Below are positions 27,976-37,805 of a DNA stretch of 64,000 nt, one piece after another. The notes under the pieces are model-generated. The model saw only the letters and a list, made by a program, of their open reading frames with translations. It had not been told where the DNA came from and searched no databases. Source of the stretch: Thermococcus sp. JdFR-02. GTDB lineage: Archaea > Methanobacteriota_B > Thermococci > Thermococcales > Thermococcaceae. The stretch is from contig MTLP01000022.1 of NCBI GenBank assembly GCA_002009975.1, forward strand, positions 32,001 to 96,000, in the 5' to 3' direction. The position numbers and the translations under genes were made by a program. Position 1 is the stretch's first letter; each line of letters starts with the position of its first letter.

Positions 27976-29004
27976 ATGGCAGAAAGGAAACTCCGAGTAG
28001 GAGTCATAGGATGTGGCAACATTTTTAATTTAGCGCACAGAAATGCCCTAAAAAAGCTGGAAAACATCAAAGTTGTTGCTTTTATGGACATTAAAGTGGA
28101 AAAAGCAAAACAAGCAGCGAAAGAGTTTAATGCAAGCTATTATAGAAATCTAGATGAGTTTCTTGATTTAGATTTAGACGTTGTTGAAATTCTAACTCCA
28201 ACCTACACACATGCAGACTTGGCTATTAAAGCATTAAAGAGTGGAAAACATGTTATCGTTGAAAAACCAATAGCCTTAACCTCTGAAGAAGCTGAAAGAA
28301 TGATAAAAACTGCTGAAAAAGAAGATTTAAAGCTCTTTGTAGGACATGTAAGACGTTTTGACAAAAGATGGATGCAGATAAAAGAGATACTCAAAAAAAG
28401 AAACATTTTACCGATGCATATAAAGAAATCAGAAGTTCAAAGATTGCCTTTTCCAGAGACTTACTGGTATTGGAAGAACAACAAAAGCGGAGGAGTTGCA
28501 ATAGACTTAGGGGTTCACGTTACAGACTTCTTGAGATGGTACTTTGAGAGCGAGCCTGTTGAAGTGTTTGCTCTTGGTAAAATGATAAAAAAAGAAGCAA
28601 TAGCAAATAACACTTACGATCATTTTGTCATGATGATTAAGTTTAATGGAGGAAAAACAGGAATAGCTGAAGTGAGCTGGGCTTATCCATATCCAGCGCG
28701 CTATGGAGTTTTCTATCATCATCTAGATATCATCGGCAAAAATGGAAGAATCAGGTATACCCCAATGGATACCCCAGTAGTTGGAGTCGCGAAAAGGCAC
28801 TTTGAAATGCCACGCTTTTCCCCATTGTTATCAACATTCCCAGATGCCTTTGAGAGGGAATTAAGACACTTTATAGAATGCATATCCAGAAACAAAGAAC
28901 CTGTTGTGACAGCACATGATGCAAAGATAGCCCTAGAGATAGCAGAAAAAGCCCTTGAATCCGCTAAAAGAGGAGAAGCGGTTAGAATGGAGGTGAGAGA
29001 ATGA
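27976..29004 (+). CDS. Gfo/Idh/MocA oxidoreductase
   Basis: GVIGCG, HVIVEKP, GG...DLGVH. Confidence 0.92.
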   Translation: MAERKLRVGVIGCGNIFNLAHRNALKKLENIKVVAFMDIKVEKAKQAAKEFNASYYRNLDEFLDLDLDVVEILTPTYTHADLAIKALKSGKHVIVEKPIALTSEEAERMIKTAEKEDLKLFVGHVRRFDKRWMQIKEILKKRNILPMHIKKSEVQRLPFPETYWYWKNNKSGGVAIDLGVHVTDFLRWYFESEPVEVFALGKMIKKEAIANNTYDHFVMMIKFNGGKTGIAEVSWAYPYPARYGVFYHHLDIIGKNGRIRYTPMDTPVVGVAKRHFEMPRFSPLLSTFPDAFERELRHFIECISRNKEPVVTAHDAKIALEIAEKALESAKRGEAVRMEVRE

Positions 29005-30023
29005 TTAGGTTTGGAATCATAAGTTATGCTCATCCTCATGCCATAAGATATGCTGAAACCATAGTAAATAATCCAAAGGCTAAGCTCTATGCAATTTCCG
29101 GTGACGGTGCAAACAGTGATGTTGCAAAAAGGGAAGCACAAAGATTTACAGTCAAAGGTTCTATAGTAAGATTTTACGAAAATTATGAACAGCTTTTGAA
29201 AGATAAAAAGGTTGATGCTGTTTATATTGCAATTGAAACTTACAGACACAAAGAAGTTGCAATTAGGGCTGCAGAAGAGGGGAAGCACATACTTTTAGAA
29301 AAACCAATAGCATTAAATCTTAAAGATGCTGAGGAGATTATTAAAACTGCAAAAAAGAATGATGTTAAGTTAATGGTTCCATTCAATCCACGTTTTACAA
29401 CCCCATTAATGAAAGCCAAGGAAATGATAGAAAGGGGAGAGATAGGCAAGCTAGAGTATATAAATGCAATTTCAGAATATGTAAAACCTCCAATCTTCTT
29501 AGAGGGGCTGGATTTGAGCTGGTTCTTAGATAGCAAAAAATCTGGTGGCGGTGGCTTTATGGACACAGCACCACATGGAATCGATTCCCTTCTATGGCTA
29601 GTAAAAAGCGAACCTAAGAAGGTTTATGCCGATATAGGCTCAAAGATCTACGGATTTCCAGTGGATGATATTGGAACAGCAGTTTTAGAGTTTAAAAATG
29701 GCGTTATAGCAGTTTTAAGTGCTGGATGGGGCAATCCAAAAGGTTACTCATACAACCTTGAACTTAAGTATTACTTGGTTGGAAAAGAAGGATTCTTGGA
29801 TGTAAGAACAGTTTACCCAGATTTTACAGTGTATCAAGATAGAGCTGAGAAGATCTATTGGGAAAGAGTGGATGTTGAAAACATTGTTAAAAGCTTCGTA
29901 AATTCAATAATCTACGATAAGGATCCTCCAATTACTGGAGAAGACGCCAAGAAGAACCTTGCAATAATTTTAGCCGCTTATGAATCTTCTAAGACTGGAA
30001 AGGTTATTAAACTTTCCCTGTAA
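29001..30023 (+). CDS. Gfo/Idh/MocA oxidoreductase
   Basis: HILLEKP, GGG..D...H. Confidence 0.9.
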   Translation: MIRFGIISYAHPHAIRYAETIVNNPKAKLYAISGDGANSDVAKREAQRFTVKGSIVRFYENYEQLLKDKKVDAVYIAIETYRHKEVAIRAAEEGKHILLEKPIALNLKDAEEIIKTAKKNDVKLMVPFNPRFTTPLMKAKEMIERGEIGKLEYINAISEYVKPPIFLEGLDLSWFLDSKKSGGGGFMDTAPHGIDSLLWLVKSEPKKVYADIGSKIYGFPVDDIGTAVLEFKNGVIAVLSAGWGNPKGYSYNLELKYYLVGKEGFLDVRTVYPDFTVYQDRAEKIYWERVDVENIVKSFVNSIIYDKDPPITGEDAKKNLAIILAAYESSKTGKVIKLSL

Positions 30024-30036
30024 CTTTACTTTTTTC

Positions 30037-30060
30037 AAAATACAACAACTGAAAGTGGTT
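30037..30060. promoter_or_regulatory. Candidate operator copy 2
   Basis: AAAATACAACAACTGAAAGTGGTT, 12 bp upstream of TTATATA. Confidence 0.6.
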
Positions 30061-30124
30061 CTATCATAACGCTTATATATCCTATGTTGCATAATTTTAG
30101 TGACATGTACCGAGGTGGTGTCTA

Positions 30125-31447
30125 ATGAAAAAGGCAGTACTTAGCCTATTTTTGATTGGAGTTTTAGCCTTTGCTGTTGTAGCAAGTGGATGTGTAAGTA
30201 AGGAAGAAACAACGCCCACAACTTCAGAACAACCAAAAGAAACTACGCCTGCAAAACTTATATGGGTTTCAACCCAACTTAATCCACCCGAAGAGAGAGC
30301 ATTTGTCCAAGAGGTTCTTCTAAGCGAATTTAAGAAGGAGACAGGAATTGATGTTGAGTTTATTGCCATATCCTATACAGACTTGGCAACAAGACTTGAA
30401 GCTGAAGAAACAACTGGCAAGGTTACAATTGATGTAATTGGTGAATTACACGGAGGATTGGATTACTTTAACTCAAAAGGCTGGCTAATGGACCTAAGCA
30501 ACATGCCAGCCTTAAGTGGAAGAACTTTCATCTCAACCTTTGAAAAGTATGCAACAATTGGTGGAAAGAAGGTTTATGTTCCATGGATGAGCGCTACCTA
30601 CGTAATGGTAATTAACAAGAAAGCTTTTGACTATCTCCCAGATGGACTAACAAAGGATGATGTTATGAAAGGAACCGAGAAGTGGACTTATGACGCATTC
30701 TTAGCTTGGGCTAAGAAGCTTAAAGAAGCAACTGGTTCACCACAAGTTGGATTCCCAGCAGGTCCAAAAGGATTATTCGTAAGATTCTTGCACGGTTACA
30801 TATACCCTGCATATACTGGATATCAAGCAAAAGCCTTTGATTCACCAGAAGCTGTAACAATGTGGAACTACCTTAAGAGCCTCTGGCCATACGTGCACCC
30901 AGCAAGTACAACATGGGATGCTATGTCAGATCCACTCCTTAAGGGAGAAGTCCTAATCGCTTGGGATCACACTGCAAGAATTAAGAATGCTATTGAAACA
31001 AGACCAGATGACTTTGTAGTTGTTCCAGTTCCAAGAGGACCAAAGGGAAGAGGATTCATCCTAGTCGTCGCTGGATTAGCCATTCCACAAAACGCTCCAA
31101 ATCCAGATGCAGCTTGGAAATTAATTGACTACCTTACAAAGCCAGAAACACAAGTTAAGGTTCTCGAAAAGGTTGGATTCTTCCCAACAGTTAAAGAGGC
31201 AAGCGGCGCTCTACCAGCAGGACCACTTAAGATCTTAGCTGAGGGTGTTGCTGCTCAGTCATCAACACCAGATGCAGTAGTTGCTATGATTCCAAACTTG
31301 GGTGCAAAGGGTGGTGAATTCAAAGCTATTTACAAGGAAGCATTTACAAGGATTGTCTTAAACAACGAAGATCCAGCAACAGTTACAAAAGAACTTGGTC
31401 CAAAGCTTAAGGGATTGTTCGAGGAAGTAGGAATAGAAGTTCCATGA
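30125..31447 (+). CDS. Carbohydrate ABC transporter substrate-binding lipoprotein
   Basis: VASGC lipobox, Thr/Pro linker. Confidence 0.9.
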   Translation: MKKAVLSLFLIGVLAFAVVASGCVSKEETTPTTSEQPKETTPAKLIWVSTQLNPPEERAFVQEVLLSEFKKETGIDVEFIAISYTDLATRLEAEETTGKVTIDVIGELHGGLDYFNSKGWLMDLSNMPALSGRTFISTFEKYATIGGKKVYVPWMSATYVMVINKKAFDYLPDGLTKDDVMKGTEKWTYDAFLAWAKKLKEATGSPQVGFPAGPKGLFVRFLHGYIYPAYTGYQAKAFDSPEAVTMWNYLKSLWPYVHPASTTWDAMSDPLLKGEVLIAWDHTARIKNAIETRPDDFVVVPVPRGPKGRGFILVVAGLAIPQNAPNPDAAWKLIDYLTKPETQVKVLEKVGFFPTVKEASGALPAGPLKILAEGVAAQSSTPDAVVAMIPNLGAKGGEFKAIYKEAFTRIVLNNEDPATVTKELGPKLKGLFEEVGIEVP

Positions 31448-31460
31448 GGGAGGAGGAAGA

Positions 31461-32315
31461 ATGAAGATTAAATCTGAATTCCTTCCCTACCTTTTAATTT
31501 TACCTGCCTTTGCGTATTTAATGTTCTTTGTTGGTTATCCTCTAGCTCAGGCATTGTATTTAGCCTTTACTCAGAATGGTGCGTTTTCTTTAGCCACAGT
31601 TCGTAGAGCGATTAGCGATTATTATTTTTGGACTGCTTTAAAATATACCCTCGGTTTAGCTGCTATAATAGTTCCAACCCAAGTTATTTTAGCATTGGTT
31701 TTAGCATTGGTTATGAATAAGAGTTTTAAGGGTAGAGATTTGAGTATATACGCTCTTGTGATTCCCTTAACAATAAGTGATGTTGCTGCTGGTCTTATCT
31801 GGTACTCAATGCTTTCACCCTACGGGTTTTTAAATAAGCTCCTAATGAATATTGGGATTCTTGATAACCCAATCTACTTTTTTGGATATCAATTTAGGCA
31901 TATGGAATTCTTGGCAATAGTTTTGGCTGAGCTTTGGAGGGCTACCGCTATAGTTTTTGTTATAATCTTAGCAGGTCTCCAGATGATAAGTAACGAATAT
32001 CTTGAAGCTGCTGAAGTTTTTGGTGCAACCTACTGGATAAAGCTCAGGCGTATTGTTATTCCCCTCCTAAAGCCAAGCATTCAAAGTGCTTTAATCATAA
32101 GAACTCTCTTTGCAATGCAGGTCTTCGGTATAGTATGGATATTGGCAGGAAGAGACATTCCAATCTTGGCTGGAGAAGGATTCTACCAGTTAACAGAGAT
32201 CAAGGACTATGGAGTTGCATCAATCTATGCATTGGTTATAGCAGGTCTATCAATCCTCCTTGGAGCGCTGTACATTAAGTTCATGAAAGCTGAGTATTTG
32301 GAGGTGAAAAGATGA
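31461..32315 (+). CDS. Carbohydrate ABC permease (MalF-like)
   Basis: EAAEVFGA EAA motif. Confidence 0.92.
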   Translation: MKIKSEFLPYLLILPAFAYLMFFVGYPLAQALYLAFTQNGAFSLATVRRAISDYYFWTALKYTLGLAAIIVPTQVILALVLALVMNKSFKGRDLSIYALVIPLTISDVAAGLIWYSMLSPYGFLNKLLMNIGILDNPIYFFGYQFRHMEFLAIVLAELWRATAIVFVIILAGLQMISNEYLEAAEVFGATYWIKLRRIVIPLLKPSIQSALIIRTLFAMQVFGIVWILAGRDIPILAGEGFYQLTEIKDYGVASIYALVIAGLSILLGALYIKFMKAEYLEVKR

Positions 32316-33145
32316 ACGATGAAACAAAATATATGCTAAAACAACTTGCCTTTTACACCTTTATCTTTGTTGTTGTGGCGTGGATAGTTGTTCCCTTAAT
32401 AGTTGCAACGCTCTATGCGTTTGCAGCCCCAAAAGACTATTATGATCCAAATAAGGTCATACCACTACATTTTACAGCTAAATACGTAAAAACGATACTC
32501 ATTCATCTTGGTGCATGGGAGGCAATAAAAAACAGTGTAGTTGTAGCCCTACTTACAATAGCCATAAGTTTTACCTTGGGAATACCAGCTGGATACGCTA
32601 TAGCAAAGTTCATCTTCCCTGCAAAAGACACTATAAAGCTCTCCATAGTTGCATTGAGAATGTTCCCAATTCCTGTAATGGCAATTCCCTTAGTAATCCT
32701 CTATATAAGGCTCAATTTAATTGACACTCGTTTAGGTGTCGCTTTAGCACACACTGCAATGGCTTTGCCCTTTGTGGTTTTAATAACTTCAAGTATTTTC
32801 GCTGGAGTAGCAACTGAATTAGAAGAAGCAGGTATGGTATTTGGACTTACAAGGCTTGGCTCATTCCTAAAAATAACCTTACCATTAGCTTTACCGGGTT
32901 TAGCTGCTGCAGCAATGTTTACATTCGTTATGTCTTGGAATGAGGTATTTGTAGCCTCAGTATTAACCCTATCCCATAGAACTTTACCAGCGCAAATCCT
33001 TTCAATAATGGCTGGCTCAAGTGGAGGAGCTGCTCCAGATTATTACAAATTCGCTGCAGCATTTATAATGACATTACCTGCTATGCTCTTTGTATTCTTC
33101 GCAAGGAAGTATCTGATCACGATGTGGGGAATATCACTCAAGTGA
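32312..33145 (+). CDS. Carbohydrate ABC permease (MalG-like)
   Basis: ELEEAG..FG; SWNE. Confidence 0.92.
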   Translation: MNDETKYMLKQLAFYTFIFVVVAWIVVPLIVATLYAFAAPKDYYDPNKVIPLHFTAKYVKTILIHLGAWEAIKNSVVVALLTIAISFTLGIPAGYAIAKFIFPAKDTIKLSIVALRMFPIPVMAIPLVILYIRLNLIDTRLGVALAHTAMALPFVVLITSSIFAGVATELEEAGMVFGLTRLGSFLKITLPLALPGLAAAAMFTFVMSWNEVFVASVLTLSHRTLPAQILSIMAGSSGGAAPDYYKFAAAFIMTLPAMLFVFFARKYLITMWGISLK

Positions 33146-33154
33146 GGTGTTCAT

Positions 33155-34267
33155 ATGGTGGAAGTTAGGCTTGAAAACTTAAAGAAATACTTTGACAAGG
33201 GAAGGGTAAAGGCTGTTGATGGAATTGACTTGACGATCAAAGATGGTGAGTTTTTAGTGCTTTTGGGTCCAAGTGGATGTGGAAAAACTACGACCTTGAG
33301 AATGATCTCCGGTTTAGAGTTGCCAACAGATGGTAAAATTTACTTTGGAGATAAAGATGTCACTTATTTGCCTCCAAAAGATAGAAACATTTCAATGGTT
33401 TTCCAGAGCTATGCTGTTTGGCCCCACATGAAAGTCTATGACAACATAGCCTTTCCATTGAAAATCAAAAAATATCCAAAAGATGAGATAGATAAACGCG
33501 TGAAGTGGGTAGCAGAACTTCTGCAAATTGAAGAGCTCTTGGATCGTTATCCCGCTCAATTGAGTGGTGGGCAAAGGCAAAGAGTTGCAGTTGCAAGAGC
33601 AATAGTTGTTGAGCCAGATGTTTTGCTTATGGATGAGCCTCTTTCAAACTTAGATGCAAAGCTTAGAGTTATGATGCGTGCTGAGATTAAGAAATTGCAA
33701 ACAAAGCTAAAAGTCACGACCGTTTATGTTACTCACGACCAAGTTGAAGCAATGACAATGGGTGACAGAATAGCAGTGATGAAGCAAGGAAAACTACTTC
33801 AAGTTGGACCACCTGCTGAAGTTTATTTAAAACCAAACTCAATCTTCGTTGCAACTTTCATAGGAGCACCAGAAATGAATTTGCTTGATGTTACAGTTAA
33901 AGAAGATGAAAAAGGGCTAATTTTGGAAGGAGAGAGCTTTGAGATTCCACTTCCAGAGGATTTCACACCTTTACTGAAGGATTATGTTAATAAAACAGTG
34001 ATCATGGGAATAAGACCAGAGCATTTAATCGTTGAAGGAATTTCAGAAATTCTTCATGTAAAGAGAAGGGCAAAGATTGAAGGGGTGGTAGATTTCGTTG
34101 AAGCCTTGGGAACAGATACAATTGTTCACGCTAAGGTTGGGGAAAAGATCATTAAGATTAAACTTGCAGGAAATGTAAATGTCCCAATCAGGGAGAAAAT
34201 TAAAATAATAGTTGATCTTGACACTATGCATATTTTCGATAAACAAAATGAAAAGGCAATAATATGA
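33155..34267 (+). CDS. Carbohydrate ABC ATPase (MalK-like)
   Basis: GPSGCGKTT, LSGGQRQRVA, DEPLSNLDA. Confidence 0.95.
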   Translation: MVEVRLENLKKYFDKGRVKAVDGIDLTIKDGEFLVLLGPSGCGKTTTLRMISGLELPTDGKIYFGDKDVTYLPPKDRNISMVFQSYAVWPHMKVYDNIAFPLKIKKYPKDEIDKRVKWVAELLQIEELLDRYPAQLSGGQRQRVAVARAIVVEPDVLLMDEPLSNLDAKLRVMMRAEIKKLQTKLKVTTVYVTHDQVEAMTMGDRIAVMKQGKLLQVGPPAEVYLKPNSIFVATFIGAPEMNLLDVTVKEDEKGLILEGESFEIPLPEDFTPLLKDYVNKTVIMGIRPEHLIVEGISEILHVKRRAKIEGVVDFVEALGTDTIVHAKVGEKIIKIKLAGNVNVPIREKIKIIVDLDTMHIFDKQNEKAII

Positions 34268-34276
34268 GGGACTATA

Positions 34277-35302
34277 ATGGAGGAGAAGGAACTTAAGGGA
34301 TTGCTAAAGGAAGTTGGGTTAAATGAATACGAAGTTAATGCCTATTTAGCCCTAATTAGGGAAGGAGCTTTAACGGCTAGTGAGCTAGCCACACTTTCAA
34401 AAGTCCCTCAACCAAGAATCTATGACGTCATAAGAACGTTAATGACCAAAGGCTTCGTAATCGTCAGCGGTGGAAGACCAAAAACAATTATTCCTATTGA
34501 TCCAGAGAAAGTTTTAAACGAAATCGAAAAGGCTTACACCTCAAAAATTGAAAGAGCGAAAGAGAAGCTTAAAGAACTCTATAAACCACACGAAGAGCTA
34601 ATTGGGAATGTTATAGTCGTCAAAAGCAAGGTAACCTTTGAAAAATATACAAAAAAAGCCATAGGAGATGCACAGAGGCATGTATCAATCGCTCTCCCAA
34701 TGTCTTTTCTAAAACGCATTCAAGAGGACATAAGGGAGAAAAAGCAGGAAGGAGTGCAAATTAATCTCTTTGTTTATGGAAAGGGTAAGGTTCCTCCAAT
34801 CGCCCAAAAGATAAAGATCAGAGAAGTCCCCGATCCATTTATATTAATTCAAGATAAAGAAATAGGAATTTATGCTCCTCCAGAAGCAGTGACAACAAAG
34901 AGCTCTACCCTACATGGATATGCAATGATAATTAGAGATGAAAATCTACTCTTTATGTTTGACCGTTATTTCTATCATGCTTTGTGGCCCACAGGAAAGA
35001 CAGTTTATGAGGAAGAAAGAAAGCTGAGGCTTCCCAAGAGATACATCCACATAAGAGAACTCGTCAGCGATATTAGGCAATTCAACTTGCTTGGAGCTAA
35101 AGTTGAAGTTGCCGGAAAATTTGTTAAGAGTAAAAATCCCGTGTATGTAACGGGTAAAATCATTGACTTTTTTGAAAGTGAAGGTAGAGTCATATCTAAT
35201 ATAACCATAGAAACAGAAGACGGAGAAAGGTACGTTGTTGGAGGTTGGAACTCCTCCCTCGAGGATATTGAGGCAGATTCAATAATCCTAAAGGAGAAGT
35301 GA
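34277..35302 (+). CDS. TrmB-family transcriptional regulator
   Basis: GLNEYE..AY..L; VPQPRIYD; VGGW..LED. Confidence 0.9.
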   Translation: MEEKELKGLLKEVGLNEYEVNAYLALIREGALTASELATLSKVPQPRIYDVIRTLMTKGFVIVSGGRPKTIIPIDPEKVLNEIEKAYTSKIERAKEKLKELYKPHEELIGNVIVVKSKVTFEKYTKKAIGDAQRHVSIALPMSFLKRIQEDIREKKQEGVQINLFVYGKGKVPPIAQKIKIREVPDPFILIQDKEIGIYAPPEAVTTKSSTLHGYAMIIRDENLLFMFDRYFYHALWPTGKTVYEEERKLRLPKRYIHIRELVSDIRQFNLLGAKVEVAGKFVKSKNPVYVTGKIIDFFESEGRVISNITIETEDGERYVVGGWNSSLEDIEADSIILKEK

Positions 35303-35306
35303 TAAA

Positions 35307-37805
35307 ATGAAGGTTTTTCTCATTCCTCATTTTCATTATGATACTGAGTGGGTAATGACAAAAGAGGAGTATGCAAAAGTAGCATCTCAGAACATAAAGC
35401 GCTTGCTGGAAATTATGAGAAAAAACAAGGATTTTAAATTTGTTTTGGATCAATATCTGCTCTTAGAACAGTTCAGCAAATTCTATCCATCTCTTTGGGG
35501 AGAGTTAATTAAGAGAATCAAAGAAGGGAGGATAGAGTTAGTATGTGGAATGTATGTGATGCCAGATGCTTTACTACCAGGGGTGGAGAGTGAAATAAGG
35601 CAAATCCTTTACGCAAAGCCTCTTTTTGAAAAAGTAGGAGGAGAAGTGAAAGTTGGATGGATGATCGATGCCTTTGGTCAGCACTCTCAAACTCCTCAGC
35701 TATTCAAAAAAGCTGGATATAAGTATTATACATTCAAGCGTGGCTATAGGGGAGAACCAACTATGGATTTTATTTGGAAAGGATTGGATGGCAGTGAAAT
35801 TCTAGTGCACTATCTCCTTTTCAGTTATGATGCTCTATGGCTTCCAGAAGATGTTGAGTTGGGAGCAAAGCTTCTCCTCAATGCTATAGAAAGGGCTAAA
35901 CCTCATGCAATACATGGACACTTAATGGTCTTAACTGGTTCTGACTTTTCAAAACCAAACCCTAAGCTTCCAGAAATCGTTAAAAGAGCAAGGGAAATCA
36001 GTGGATTAGACATTAGAATAGCTACTCCAATAGAGTTTCTAAGAGAAATTGAAAAGTTCAAGGATGAACTGCCAATAGTGGAAGATGAAATGATATTCGG
36101 AAGGTATCATAGAGTATTACCCGGCTGCTATAGTTCCAGAATAAATGTAAAACAAAAGTATCGTGAAGTGGAGTTTCTTTTGCAGGGTGTGGAAACACTT
36201 TCCACCTTTGCTTATATCCTTGGGAAAAGCTATCCAAAAGCAAGATTAAAGAAAGCTTGGAAGCTATTACTTGAAAATGCATTTCATGATGTGATCTGTG
36301 GATGTGGGATAGATGAAATCTATGAGAGTGCAGAAAAGAGATTCGAGGAAAGCAAATCCCTAGCTTTTGAATTATTAGAGAGGGGCATGAAGTTTATAGC
36401 AAAATGCGTTAATACGAGAGGAGATGGAATTCCATTAATACTCTTCAATCCCCTCCCATGGGAAAGAGAAGAAGTTGCTGAATTCTCCATCGATTTAACA
36501 GCTTTAGAGTCCAAAGGCTTTGAGATAGTAAGTCATGAAGGAGAAGAAATCCCCTATGAAGCCCTAAACTTCGAGTTAGACGAAGAAGGAAAAATAACTC
36601 AGGTTAGAGTTCTAGGCAAAGTTAAATTACCACCCTTAGGATATAAGCTGTTCTATGTAAAGCCAAGCAATGAAATCAAGGTTCAAGAAAAAACGGAAGA
36701 ATTAAAGATTGAAAATGAATTCTTTAAGGTTGTTTTTAAGCCAGAGATGGGCACTATTGACATATACTCCAATGGAGAGCTAATCATCGAAAACGGAAAC
36801 GATCTGGAGATATCAACGGATGTTGGAGATTTGTACTACTCCATCGAACCCAAAGGAGGTTATAAAGTAAAGCTAAGTGAAGCCTTAACAAAGCCCGAAT
36901 ACCTAAGAGACATTGCAGATATAAAATACGATATTGTTGAGATGTTTAAATCCTCCTCTGAACTAAGAGAGAGCATAAGATACACTGTTAAGGCTATTTG
37001 GAGAGAAGAAACACTGTTTGAAGCTAAAGTTATAGTTTCATTGTACAAAGGAATGCCAAGAATTGACTTTAAGCTTGATATTGACTTTAACTATCCGCAC
37101 ACCATTCTTAGAGTTTTGTTCCCAACAAAAATTGAGAGCGAAAGCTTTTACTCAGAGATTCCTGGAGGAGTTGTTAAAAGGGAAAAAGTTGTTGAGAGTA
37201 AGGGATGGGTAGAGGAGCATCCCTCAACTTATCCAGTCCAGAACTGGATAGCCTATGAAGATAATGAAAAAGGAGTTGCTTTGATAAATGCAGGTCTTCC
37301 AGAGCACAAAATTGAAGATAACACAATAAAGCTCACACTGCTTAGGAGCGTTGATGTAGTCTCTTGGGGAAACGCTGGACCAAGATTCTACACACCAAAA
37401 GCCTTAATGATAGGTAAGCACACTTTTAGATACTCATTAGTTCCTTACAAAGGCTCATGGAAAGAAAACAAGATCCATAAAATAGCGTATTCCTTTAATG
37501 CACCCATCTTTGTCCATCAAACTTACAAACATGAGGGTTCATTACCAAAGGAACTTTCAGCTTTAGAAATTAACGATAACTTAGTACTGACAGCATTCAA
37601 GAAGGGTGAAAGAGATGAAGATATAGTAGTCAGATTCTTTGAAACGGAAGGTAAAGAAAGTAATGTAGAACTAAATCTTGGCTTTGAATACCTAAAAGTC
37701 GAAGAATCTGATTTGCTCGAAAATCCGATAAAAGAGTGGAATTTCAAAGTAAAGCCCTTTGAGATAACCACGCTAAAAATAAAACATAAAAAAGCTAAAT
37801 CTTAA
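35307..37805 (+). CDS. GH38 alpha-mannosidase (mannosylglycerate-hydrolase-like)
   Basis: H.HYD.EW, W.ID.FG, FHDVICG, LTLLRS. Confidence 0.9.
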   Translation: MKVFLIPHFHYDTEWVMTKEEYAKVASQNIKRLLEIMRKNKDFKFVLDQYLLLEQFSKFYPSLWGELIKRIKEGRIELVCGMYVMPDALLPGVESEIRQILYAKPLFEKVGGEVKVGWMIDAFGQHSQTPQLFKKAGYKYYTFKRGYRGEPTMDFIWKGLDGSEILVHYLLFSYDALWLPEDVELGAKLLLNAIERAKPHAIHGHLMVLTGSDFSKPNPKLPEIVKRAREISGLDIRIATPIEFLREIEKFKDELPIVEDEMIFGRYHRVLPGCYSSRINVKQKYREVEFLLQGVETLSTFAYILGKSYPKARLKKAWKLLLENAFHDVICGCGIDEIYESAEKRFEESKSLAFELLERGMKFIAKCVNTRGDGIPLILFNPLPWEREEVAEFSIDLTALESKGFEIVSHEGEEIPYEALNFELDEEGKITQVRVLGKVKLPPLGYKLFYVKPSNEIKVQEKTEELKIENEFFKVVFKPEMGTIDIYSNGELIIENGNDLEISTDVGDLYYSIEPKGGYKVKLSEALTKPEYLRDIADIKYDIVEMFKSSSELRESIRYTVKAIWREETLFEAKVIVSLYKGMPRIDFKLDIDFNYPHTILRVLFPTKIESESFYSEIPGGVVKREKVVESKGWVEEHPSTYPVQNWIAYEDNEKGVALINAGLPEHKIEDNTIKLTLLRSVDVVSWGNAGPRFYTPKALMIGKHTFRYSLVPYKGSWKENKIHKIAYSFNAPIFVHQTYKHEGSLPKELSALEINDNLVLTAFKKGERDEDIVVRFFETEGKESNVELNLGFEYLKVEESDLLENPIKEWNFKVKPFEITTLKIKHKKAKS

